From Microbotryum violaceum (lineage: Eukaryota), in NCBI GenBank assembly GCA_001244265.2, contig CDLV01000004.1, positions 434,001 through 498,000 of the forward strand: a DNA stretch of 64,000 nt, given 5' to 3'. The notes under the pieces are model-generated. The model had not been told where the DNA came from. It did not search any database and was given only the letters and a program-made list of their open reading frames with translations. Within the stretch, counting starts at the first letter, position 1; the number at the start of each line of letters is the position of its first letter. Below are positions 1 through 11,552 of this stretch, in pieces. The translations under genes and the position numbers were made by a program.

Positions 1-284
1 AAAGGGGAAGGCAGAGCGAGGAGCAGCTGCGGTCGATCCGATCAATCCGATCTGAGCAAGGCGCTCGGCGTACGTAAGGCATGGGCTATCGCTGCTGGAT
101 CTCGGACAAAAAGCGATCGGTACCTCGACCACTGCATCGATTCGACCTTGTCAGCGCGTTATCGACACAGTGACCCAACTTGCCTTATTCACATACAGCT
201 TATGACGTCGTACACGTCAAGCAGTAATGTGAGGGGGCTCTCGCATGAACAAGGCGGCGGCACTTCGCTAGCGACCGAACCCTG
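1..284 (-). mobile_element. KDZ transposase fragment (CxC1-like region), continues beyond window start
   Basis: Near-identical reverse complement of ~12476-12760; encodes QGSVASEVPPPCSCE...LAQIGLIGSTAAAPRSAF. Confidence 0.85.
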
Positions 285-558
285 AGGTGCGATGACGTCG
301 CCCCCAGCCAGGCGCAGCACAGACACATGAGGGGAACGGGGGCTGCGGAACGGTGACGGTGTAGTACCAAGACGAGTCAGGGCATCCGCAGATGCAGCCA
401 TAATGAAAGACTGACCATGTTGTGTCAAGAGTGAGATTGGATGGGTTATAGCGAGGCAGGAATGTGGCGCCAAGAGGGAGAGAAGACGCGCCCAATCGCG
501 GGTGGGGGACGGCGTCGGCCTCTGTCGGCCTTTCAGATCGGCAGGTCCATTAAGCCAG

Positions 559-1470
559 CACCTCTGGCTACATATATAAGCACGCTAAAAAGTGGCGCGC
601 GCCGCGCGCCTCCGACCCTCGCTTCCGCGCGACGTAGCCAAACATGTTGCCCCCCTGCAACCCGGGTTGCTGGATGGCCCGAGGACTAGGGCAACTTGCT
701 AATGAGATTGACCTATTATTAGGGAGTACTTGTGCAGTCGCCCGCAGAGCTGTCTCTTCCAGCCTCCCCCCGCTCAGCGCCAAATCAGACCCGCCTCAGT
801 TCTAAGACGAGCACCAACTATTGTAACACACAGTAATACATTCTCGAATTTGCATCAGACAATGGGCAGGCATAAATGGAATCGCTTCAAGTTCCGACCT
901 GACTACTTCGAGGGACATCCTGACTATAAGCCCCGACGCCTTCGTTCGGACCCTCAACTCCGCACCAACATCCCCGGAACCCGGCACATGGTTACGTACA
1001 CTGCGCGCCAAATTCAGCAAAGAACCTTCAATGAACATGCTCGTGGCGAAGCTAGCTCGCCGTCTCCTCGGCCTCCAATGGCCCTCCGATTCAGGCCGAT
1101 TTCGACGAAGCCGCCAACCCGAGTGGGATGGATTGGGATGATGAACGCCACAGCGAGTACGGTGGTGGCTATGAACGCGACTTTAGTCCGGCCCCATACT
1201 TTCCGGATCGAACATCCCATATACCAATCGCGCCTGACTATAGTGCAAACGCCGAGCGATTATCACTGGCTGATCTGCGCCAAGTCGAAAGTTTCGAACC
1301 AGCCACACGTGGTCAGTCGAAGCAAGAAACGTACAAGCAGTTCGTGTTCAACGACTCTCGTCTTAGGCGCTTGGAACGGCCAGCGCTTCTGCGCCAGTAT
1401 ATCGCGTTTTGCGCTGGGTTCAAAGGTCATCTACGGCCCTTGATTGACGTGGACGAGGAGCTGTGCCAGG
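559..1470 (+). mobile_element. 5' part of a KDZ transposon copy (terminus plus N-terminal coding region), inverted relative to its 3' part
   Basis: Near-identical to 11553-12479; both copies begin CACCTCTGGCTA with unrelated flanks. Confidence 0.85.
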
Positions 1471-1655
1471 CTGGAGCTGGTCTCCTCGGGAAGACCGCCA
1501 TCCTTGACGTTTGCGCCTATGATCAGGACCGACAGGGCATCTGGCGTCTTCCAGCATGGTGGACATCCACCTCTATTACACCCCAACTGACGTACACACC
1601 CACTCTCTTTCCCTGCCACGGTGATTCCTCGGCCCCACATCGCTCATTAACCACC

Positions 1656-2335
1656 ATCAGGGACTCGCCGCCAAAGTCGCCGCCTCGGGATCAGGCACAA
1701 CCGGAGGAGCTGCCCCTCCCTTAGCCCAATATGGTGCACGCCAACAACAGTACGGTGCTCCGCCCCAACAACAACAACAATACGGTGCGCCTCAGCAACA
1801 ACAGGCTCCCGCGTATGGTGCATCTCCGGGAAGTGGAGCGCCGGCTTATGGATCACAGCAGAAGCCGGCGGGTAATACGTATGCTCCTCCTCCGGGTCCG
1901 CCACCTCCAAGTAAGAATCGACGTGAGTCGACGGGAGAAATGGATACTACGGTAGGGATCAGAAAGAGCTAATGAAGCGAGGGATTGAATACAGCTACCA
2001 GTTACGGCGCTGCTCCTCCACACGGACAATACGGTCAGCCCCAGCAAGGACAGTACGGCCAACCTCAACCGGGTCAATATGGCCAGCAGCAGCAATATGG
2101 TCACCCTCAGCAAGGTTAGCCCGCGATTGCCGAGAGTTTGTCGTTTGGTAATTATTGTCTGGGTACTGATTCGCCCTTTATTTTGGTTCGGGCAGGGTAT
2201 GGACAACAGCCTCAGTACGGTCAACCTCATCAAGGTGAATTTCTTATCAAACGAGTTTCGACTTTTGAAACGATCAAGCTAATCTGACTCCGAGCCGAAA
2301 CAGGGTACGGTCAGCAACCACAGTACGGCCAACCT

Positions 2336-2368
<33 letters not shown>

Positions 2369-3487
2369 CACCATGGGGGTGCAGCCGCTGGTGGCGGGCC
2401 GGACGCCAACGCTATCCTTGCCACCTTGAGTCAATGCGTCGTCGACCAAAAGATCACGGCCTTCTACCCTCCCGGCTCGCTCGAGCCCATCGCTGCCAAG
2501 ATCGCCCAATCCGGTGCCCTGCCCCGTCTCGCTGGCGAATGGAACATTCCCATGGAAGTCGCGATCGATACGGCCAAGTTGGCGCTCTTCGACACGGTTC
2601 TGTACTGTGATGATTCGGGATCGATGGCATTCGAAGAAGGTGGAACGAGGATTGACGATCTCAAGGTCGTCATCTCGCGTTGCGCTTACGCGACGAGCTT
2701 GTTCGATTTCGATGGCATCCAAGTCCGCTTCATGAAGTCAGTCCTGCGTTCGTGGCATGATCGGTAGCATCGGTTTTTGATTGATACTTATCCACACCTC
2801 GAACACACCTGACAGTTCACGCGTCGAAGGCAATGGCATCAACTCGGAATCCGGGGCGATGCAGCTGATCGAAAACGTTAAGTTCAGCGGCCTCACTCCC
2901 CTCGGCCAAGCTTTGGACGAAAAAATCTTGCAACCCCTCGTACTAGGACCCGCGCGAGCAGGTCGTCTCCAGAAACCCGTCGTCGTCATCGCCGTTACGG
3001 ATGGAATCCCTTCGGAGCCAATGGATAATATTACGAGGGTCATCATCAATGCGAATAGGGAGTTGGCGAGGACAAGATATGGATCGGATGCGATCTCGTA
3101 TCAGTTCGCTCAGGTTGGGAATGATCAGAGGGCCAGGGCGTTCTTGGAGGAATTGGATAAGGTCAGTCGCGACTAGGCATGATGAACTTCCGGAGTCGCT
3201 GACTGAGAAGGGTTTGCTACTCTCATTTGCGAAACAGCATCCCGAGATTGGTGTTTTGATCGATACGACCAGCAACTACGAGAACGAAGCCGACCATTTC
3301 GCGCGCAACAACGCCGGTGTCGAGTTGACGCCTTCGTTGTGGTGAGTCTTTTCGGCCGGCTTCAATGAGGCTCTGTAAAGAAGTGGAACTGATTTTCAGC
3401 CTTGGGAATCTTACGCGCGCCTCACGCAGGCTCGTCAAGTTGTTGCTCGGTCCTATTGATTCGTCGTACGATACCAAAGATGAGTGA
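1656..3487 (+). CDS. vWA-domain protein with Q/G/Y/P-rich low-complexity N-terminus (7 exons; start codon appears disrupted)
   Basis: Exons ~1656-1910, 1995-2114, 2196-2234, 2304-2736, 2816-3161, 3238-3341, 3430-3487 joined by GT-AG introns in frame; MIDAS-like DDSGSM, GLTPLG and VIAVTDG motifs; ends LLLGPIDSSYDTKDE*. Confidence 0.88.
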
Positions 3488-4517
3488 GAGCACGAGCAAG
3501 CTCTAGTCGATTTGTGTTCGGAAAATTGTGCTTGTGGAAAAGGAAGGAAATTGGATCAATCACATAGCTAAGAACCTTTTAGCTTGTATGTGTACCTGTG
3601 TGTGCTTGATACACGGAAATTGAAATTTTGTGATGTCATTTGTGTCCTAAATGCCACATGAAGCGGGTCGTGGCGTCTCGGAGCCGGGAATTCGCAAGTG
3701 AGTGAGAGAGGAGACTGGTTTAAGTCGCCGCCTTAGCGACAAGTGGCTACAACGCTTGCAACCGGGCACAGGCTCAAAAGTGGGCCGTGAAACTACACCC
3801 ATCAGACGCTCCGAGTCCATACCTCTAGTCCGCTTCACATCCGAACCCGTCATGAGTGCGTGACGTGTAGGCCTGATCCGGCAAGGGCCCGCATTAGAAA
3901 GATCAGATCAATCAAGGCAGAAGCAAATCAGATCAGACCTTTCGGTGTCTTGATCTAATGGGGACCCTTGCTTGATTCTATCACGCGCAAGAAGGCCGAA
4001 CCCGCACGGGGTTGCTGGCGAGTGACATGACTCGTGGAGATTGAGCGCACAGCCCCGACGCGCGCAGGCGGGGTTTTGGGCTTGGCTTCCGTCCTGCCGA
4101 AGCCTTCGGACCCTCATCCTTCTCCTGAGCGTTCTTAGCTCTTCCTTCAACTGTCACCGAGTTGGACTACGACAGGGTTGGACGAGAATCACCACGCCAA
4201 CTTACTAAGCTAGACTTGAGATCGTCCTCCACCTGCATCTCACATCTCTATCGTCCAGAACGAGAGGTTCGGCCTTCAAGCTTGGGGCTCCCAGACGTCG
4301 TCGGTTGTTCTCTTGGGCAGGATCGCCGAGCTCTGGCGTACGGTCGCACGGGCGCATGGGCGCTTTCGGGACAGGCTGACGCGCTTAAAGGCTACGCGGA
4401 GTTTTGACTGACGAAGGAAGCCGAGGGAAAGAACGGACACTCTACGTCTTGTAGGTCAATACAGAGGTCAAGAGAAGGCGATGAAGTAAGTGATGAGAGC
4501 GGTGTACGTGCAAGAGG

Positions 4518-6506
4518 ATGGCGTATGCGTCGGTGACTGATCATCATCCGACTCCGCCCGACTACCCGATAACCAGTCCCCATACCCAACCGCCCATGCC
4601 ACCCCAACAAGTCTTCATCATCGTTCGCCCACCCCCTTCCAAAGGTGTAGATCTGAGAAACCTGCAGATCCAACTCGTCAATACCACACGAACTAACCCT
4701 GCGCATCCGAGTCAGGCGAAAGCAGGTGCGCCGACCCCACCCCCACATGCTCTTGGCAAAGAGACGGAAAGTCACTTCGGACCGGATGAAGGCGTCGGAT
4801 CCGAAGGGTGTGGTCAGGGGAGTGGGTCCTCAGCACATCCAGGACCTTGGATAACGAGCGGTACAGCGTCTACTTCGACATTGGGAGCCAAGTCGTTCGA
4901 TGCCGTAGCGGGAGCGACGATCGATTCCCACGACGGACCCATCGGATCGGGGCCGAACGAGATCGATCCTTCTAGTCCGCACCTCATGACACCTTGTACA
5001 GCTCAAAGACCCAGTCATCCAGGTTCAACAGAGATGATTCGAACTACGTCTTGGCAATCCGATAAATCCTCTTCCAGTGCGATCTCAAAGAGTTCGCTGT
5101 CTTCTTCCATTGGCTCGACGGGGACGGGGTACTCAATTGGTGGGTCGAGTGTAGGGACCAAGGGCAGTGGGGGTGGGGGTGGCAGTGGGAGGGATAGAAG
5201 AGGCAGAGGTAGTAAGAGACGGGTTATGCCGTTGTACAATTTGGGTTTTCATTCGTTGTTGCAGACTGTTGTCACGGATGCGGGTGAGTTGGCGAATGAC
5301 GGGGCTTTTGTTCGTTCGAAATCGGTGACTCGGACGAGCTGACGCGACCTGGTGTAAATAGGAACGGACGAGAAGATTGCCAAGTTTTCGAAAAAGGGCA
5401 CGATCGAGATGATGGATTTCGCACTCCTCGAGCCACTCGACCTAAGAGCACCTCCAACCATCTCAACGCCGTCAACTTCGTTGTCGACGGTTACATCTCC
5501 TTTGGCATTGATGCGATCAAGAGTCGCGGAGGAGTTGACGAATGGCGGGCAATCTCTGACGGGAGGTCTGTTATCAAAACTCAAAAAACTAGGGATGGGG
5601 AAAGCGGCGATGAAAGGGAATGGAGGAGGAAGTACCGGAGGAATGACAGCCTCCACATCGTCAAAACGACTTTCCATCAACGAACCACGTCCTAGTCTCG
5701 CCATACCCGACCAAAACGTCACTGTCGTGTCTCCTCGAAAATTACCAAGAGGGCATGCATTCACCCTCACCAAATTCCTGAGGAACGATCTCGTCGAAGC
5801 CAGAGACTTGATAGGGATGACTGTGCGCTTCGAATGGAAGCGCGTGGAGAAGAAGCGGTCAACAGGATTCCGAAATCAAAGTCGTTTCAAGAGTCCAAGG
5901 AAGGCGGGTTCGGACAGGACGGTGGGGACGGATGAGGAGGGGAGATTGGATTTGCCGCTTGAGGGGAGGGGCAGTAGAATGCCCTCGGTGGAGGAGGGTT
6001 CGGGATCGGACGTTTCGATTGGGTCCGAGAGGGCGTCGGGGGAACTGGATCGAGCCGTAATGGGTCTTGAGGGGACTCGACTTTCGTCCGAGGGCTCGGC
6101 GGACGAAGCTCTGGCGGAGCAAGGCGATGGCGAGGACATGGAGGAAGAAGAAGATTCCGACCTCGAGGATTCTGATCGACCCTGGTCTTGCACGCTCTAC
6201 ATCACCCAAGCCAACGCACCACAATCTCCCTCTAAATCCCCTTCCGAACCCTGGTCCCTTCCTCTCGCGCACCTCATCCCAGCACCCTACCACCCTCGCC
6301 TCGTAGCGAACCTTTCTTTCTCGCCGACACTTTCGGATGTGAGATTGGGGAATGGGGCGGGGATCAGTGAGGAGGACTTGAAAGATGTTGTAAGTGTGAC
6401 GGCGTTGTGGGTTGTGGCGAAGGACGGACTGGGGGGACGGGCTGGGGGCCTGAAGGTTGGGAATGGGAAAGGGAAGGGGAGGAAAGGGTCTTTCGAAGGG
6501 GGGTAA
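4518..6506 (+). CDS. Conserved hypothetical basidiomycete protein (2 exons)
   Basis: ORFs 4518-5342 and 5409-6506 join in frame via intron 5284-5361 (GTGAGT..TAG), giving RRVMPLYNLGFHSLLQTVVTDAGTDEKIAKFSKKG; later EDSDRPWSCTL and DLKDVVSVTALWVVAKDG blocks. Confidence 0.8.
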
Positions 6507-6938
6507 GGGCTAGGGATCAATTCGGCGGAATGGGGCTGGCGCGGCTTGGTGGACGATTTTGGTTTGCTTTCCTGTGCGTAGTGTGCTCTTTATGAAGTTG
6601 TTCGACTCTGTGTCTCGAGCTCGGGTGAGCTTTTGAGATGAGAGAAGGTATTCGTCCTGATCGCCGATCGGTCATTCTTTCTTTTGACGAGCTCGATCTG
6701 AATTGTACTTCACTGAGCAGAAACAGAAAAACATGTGCCATTATAGGTTACTCTTTCCATTCTGATTCTAAGTCACAGATTGTCCCCAGCGAATCTGAAT
6801 CTGCAGGACCTGTCTTCACGAGTACCGAACGGGTCTCGTCGCTTGCGCGCGCGCCGGCGCTCGTCCGATTGCCTAGTAGACTGCTCCTCCCGACCAGACC
6901 CGAAAGACTCGCCGGCGCCTGCGCGCCTGCGCGCTTTG

Positions 6939-7130
6939 CTAGAGGGGGAAAGCGCCCAAAGCTGGGGCGCTGGCGGTGTCCAGGGAGTGCTAACTTCGCC
7001 AACCGCGCGCGCGCTTGAGGCCCGCTTACGGCCCGATTAGGCATGAAGTTCGCGAAGTTAGCAGAGGCGCGGGGGAAGTTAGCAGAAGGGTGGGGGAAGT
7101 TGGCATTGGCCCACGAAGTTAGCAGAAGTC
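6939..7130. repeat. Terminal region of an unclassified repeat family (GGGGCGCTGGCGGTGTC plus GAAGTTRGC subrepeats)
   Basis: Homologous to ~11256-11390 (direct) and ~45596-45730 (inverted); hairpin AGCGCCC-N7-GGGCGCT next to CTAG at 6939-6942. Confidence 0.6.
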
Positions 7131-9453
7131 ACGTGTCGCCCGCGGCGCGACAATCGCATCGCGCGGGCGAGACAATCGCATCGAGCTCTTTCTCAGCCCC
7201 CTACCTGTCCTGATCTATGCCCAACGTCCGCACTTCTTCGGCCTTCGAGCCAACACAACGTATTTTGCCACGTCACCGCAAAACTCGCCATCAATTCTTG
7301 AATCCATCCGATGCCGTTCAGCAACGCCGATCGAAACGATTTGGCGTGAAAATCACGCGTGGGCGAGACACTGAACTAGCACACTTTACACTTTACGTCG
7401 ACAAAGACACGGAGTTGGGCTGTAATCCAATGCTCATCAACCTACATGAGCCATCGATCGAGCAAGACCGCCATTAATCTAGCATCACGAGCGCACCGAC
7501 GTCAGGCTCCCGAGGTCCGCCGTCCACCGCTTTCCATCGTCGTCAACCGCCTACAACGTCCCAAAGCATTCTTGAAGACGATCAGACCGATAAAGAAGCA
7601 AGTAGCAAAACTTGGAATACCCGCTGAGCAATACCTTCAGATGAGCCAAGTTCAGGAGTCGCCGACTCGATAAGGATCAGGTCGGAGCCAACGTTGGTCG
7701 ACCACGATCATTGGACTACGCAAGAAGTGCAGGTCAATGGTAACAGCTCGAATACTAAGGATCGTCTCGGGGATATCCGTTGCTAAGCTGACATCCATTG
7801 TCACAACATCTGCCATGAAATAGAGCCGTTCGAGAAAAGGTACCGTGAGTCATCGCCCGACCATTAGCCCGTTCCCCCTGCCACTCCATCTCGTGTACTG
7901 AAGTCGGCGTTTCTGTGTTCCCCGTTCCCAGAGGAGTGAATAGAAAGAAATCCGTTCATGTTCCGATACCCAGTCCGACTCGTTCAACGCATCTATAGTC
8001 ACTTTGAGCTACCCTTCGCTTCGACTTTAGTTCTACCGAGCCCACCCGGTCCGTATGGTCAAAGATCCGAACGGACGCCGTCTCTCAAGTGAGCAGAGCA
8101 ACGGACAAAGTCAGTTACTACTAAGAAAAATCAAACACACTTTACAAGCATCAGACGGCAAGAGTGTCGGGTCTTGTGCTCCCTCGGCGATTGAGGATTT
8201 GGAACTGCGGCGGGACGAAATCGTGACGCTATGCAACCACTAAGATCGGAACACAAGGAGGATACAGATTGGCTCCACGACCTGCCATCCAGCGTGCCAT
8301 CACTTCGCGCTACCAACAGACTTTGTATGAAGCTCGCAAGAAGAAGGACTGGCGTGAGTTCATGCTCGGCGGACCATATGACAAGATTTTCTGAACTCGG
8401 CTTGATCCTTATCGGCATCGGTATCGATCGGCATCCTTCCCTGCGCTTCTCTCATGGGCATCCTCGGTATCCTGATATTTCATCGGCCTTCAATTTACGA
8501 ATTATTCCACCATTCAGGATGTGCTCCAACGGATACCAGCGCAACAAAACGGTCCTCAAGAACGGTGATTCGAGACTCGCTGGTAGCTTGGATTGGCCTC
8601 GCCGAACCCGCGATCTCAATCGACCGGTGCCTTACTCTAAGCATTGGAACTCCAACAAGGTGAGATGTTCGCATAGTTTTTGTGGAAGCCATCTCTGGTA
8701 AAGCAAAGGATATATCTTGTAATCCACGGGTTCAAAGCTTGTTTGTTTCATTGCTCTTTACACTGCTGTCCGAGCTTTGAAAAGGCTTTGAAGTGAGGCG
8801 GCTGCGAGCGGGACTATAAACGTGTTTCTCAAGCTTAGGCATACCATCTTTGCGTGTACTTGGTGTTGGTGTAAAGATACCGAATTCGGGCAAGTTAAGA
8901 GAGTACTATATGTACATCATGTGTTCAACTTTCCTTATTCCCCCTTCTTCCCTTCGTTTCTTTATTTCCTTCCTTTTTCTTTCTCTTTTCTTTTCTTTTT
9001 TCCTTCCCCTCTTTCTCTTTTTTCTTTTTCTCTTTTTTTCTTTTTCCGCTTCGCCGGCAACTCCCTGGACATGGGTGGCGGCCCGGAAAGCTCGGAGATT
9101 CATCAGAGACACCCACTCCCACGCTGAGGAATTGCGAACGTCGTCGGAACCCTCGAACACAAAGTTTTTATCATAAAGGTTTGCACCTAGGGCCGCAAAA
9201 GGCCTTTAGCACGCAAGAGGTGCCATGAAATAGTAGAGGGTCCTTAATGCTGGGCCGGGTCGCGGCACCGCCGGCAGCGCCAATCGCACAGCCGGGTCCA
9301 CGCTTTCGGCCAAGGTCTCGCGAAGTGCTTTGGCCCCCTTCCCCCCCTCTCCCCTCTCCCCTCTCCCCTCTCCCCTTTTCCCTTCCTCCGTACGATCCAC
9401 AACTCCCTCGCCTCTTTCTTCGACGCTCGTTCCAACTTCACAAATCTGCAATC

Positions 9454-10779
9454 ATGTTGTTCGCTTCCTTGACGGCCACCATGGCCCTTTCCTCCTCAGG
9501 TGAATTGCTCGTGTCCGCTAACTCTCGCCGTCCGTTCGCATGCAATCGCAAGGCAGCGAGCGCCAAGTTGTTGTGTCCTCCTCTGGACGTGTGCGCGCGA
9601 ACACTTCGGCCCGAGCGCGAGTGCATGCATGCATGCAGCTTGCGGGCGGAGCGATCACCGGACCCCGATCAGGAGAACGGCTCGGCCATGTGCCAATGCA
9701 GGACAGCGTATGATGAGCCAGCAGTACAGTCAACTGACAATTAGATTTGTCTCTTCTTCTGCTTCGTAGTCCTCGCCGTGGCGGCATCGCAAGAGCTCAT
9801 CGTCGCGTCGCACATGGCTTTATTCCGCCGCGCGGACACGTCCGAGACGAGCTTGTCCTACTTGGCCAACATCCTCGGCATGGCCTCGAGCGCTTGCGCC
9901 GACTCGTGCAACACCGCTAACGCAGATTACACTGTACGTGCTCCGGATACTCAGGAGACGCTGGTTGGCTTTGCTGCTGTAGTCTGCGCCGCGCTGGGAT
10001 CTCCCAATCTCGCGTCAGATCGGCAGATCGCTACGGCGCCTTGGGAATCCAATTCGGTTCCTTCATTTCGCTGACGAGCCTCCGGTGCATTTTCTTGCCT
10101 CTCCTCTTTCCGTTAACGCCTTGCACAACACACATAATAGCAATGCGCCAATCAAACCAGTCAATCGAGCGTCGCCATGTGTGCATGCTCTGCCCAATCC
10201 CTTGGTGATCTTCGTCAGTCATTTCTTCGGGACGTGGGCCATGCCAGCGTTACCCAATTTGTACTGACTGCAATAGCCCTCGCGCGCATTTGGCTAAATT
10301 AGGTACATGCGCGAATTGCATCGCCAACATCGGGAACACGACGGCCAAGTCGAGTGCTGTTAGCAACTACAACTGTGAGTTCCTATCGAGAACACCAAGC
10401 GATGCGGATCGGTGTGCTAACATGAGAGAGTCGATGCGCGCCCGCCCAAAAACTAGCCTTCGTCGATCTCTGCGTTAAGGACGGCCTCGCGACCGTGACC
10501 GGCACCGTCTCCGTTGGTCAATCGACATCCGCCGTCCCCCGTGCAACGACGACCTTGGCCAGTTCCGCATCCCGAGCCGTCTACACCACCGCTGCATTCG
10601 TATCCGCTGTGACCGTCACTTCCCTTACCGGTAAATCTTTTGCCGGCAGCGCGACGGCGATGGCGACGGTGACGGGATCCGCTGCGCCGGCGTCGGCGAC
10701 TGCCAAGTCCGGGGCGGGCAGACTCATTTCGAGTGGTTTGGGCGCTATGCTCGTTGTCGCTTTGCGGTTATTGGCTTGA
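9454..10779 (+). CDS. Secreted/GPI-anchored-type Cys-rich, Ser/Thr-rich protein (multi-exon; internal exons approximate)
   Basis: Hydrophobic N-terminus MLFASLTATMALSSS|VLAVAAS (intron 9500-9769); Cys segments CADSC, CANC and DLC; Ser/Thr/Ala stalk; hydrophobic tail KSGAGRLISSGLGAMLVVALRLLA*. Confidence 0.7.
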
Positions 10780-11129
10780 TCGGACCTCGAGTGCTTCTTG
10801 GATCGATCTGTATTGACACGGACGGACGAATACCAGTACTGGATCCCGAAGCTCGCACCTTTGGAAAAACCCGCAAACCCCACAAATGCACCCCCTGTTA
10901 ATTAATAATATGTAGGCGGAAAGCTGGACCGCTTTTTTCTCTATCAGCATCTTCTTCTTTACTCCTCGCCAGACCTTTGGGGCCAGTGTCTGTTACTCCC
11001 TTCTCATTTATGTATGTTGTCCCCCTCTTTGGAGTATCTTCGCGGACGCTCTGTTTCCATCTCCCTTCTCCTTTTGCAACCTTTACTTGGCATTTTTTAA
11101 TGCACGCACACATAACCGCTCTAATCGCT

Positions 11130-11256
11130 CGTCACTCTGGGCTCACATAAGGTCGGCTTTTGGGCCACGCGTCGGAGGCAACTCTGGTCCCACATCGGAG
11201 GCGACTCTGGTCCCACATCGGAGGCGACTTTGGGATCACATCGGAGCGGACTTTGG
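11130..11256. repeat. Fragment of CACTA subterminal repeat array (~21-bp unit CGGAGGCGACTCTGGTCCCACAT)
   Basis: Reverse-complement match to ~46675-46770, next to the CACTA terminus. Confidence 0.7.
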
Positions 11257-11552
11257 GGGCGCTGGCGGTGTCCAGGGAGTGCTAACTTCGCTAACTTCAG
11301 GCGCGCGCGCGCGCTTGAGGCCCGCTTGCGGGCCCGCTTAGGCAATGAAGTTGGCGAAGTTAGCAGAGGCGTGGGGGAAGTTGGCAGAAAGGTGGCGTCG
11401 GCTCCTAGGACCCAAGTACTGGACGGTGTAGAAGGCTAGGTTATTTGAGAGGCTGAAATCGGGACCGGCGATTTTACGATGACTTACTCCCCCGAACCAG
11501 TGTCAAAGCCAATCATTAGATTCTGAGCAGGCGTTCCAAAGGAAACAGATCC

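Noticed and set aside
8930-9060. Lys/Arg-rich and Phe-rich ORFs
   Set aside because: Translations of a low-complexity pyrimidine tract
9191-9205. GGCCGCAAAAGGCCT resembling the TIR at 45478-45491
   Set aside because: Short imperfect match with no partner end or shared subterminal repeats
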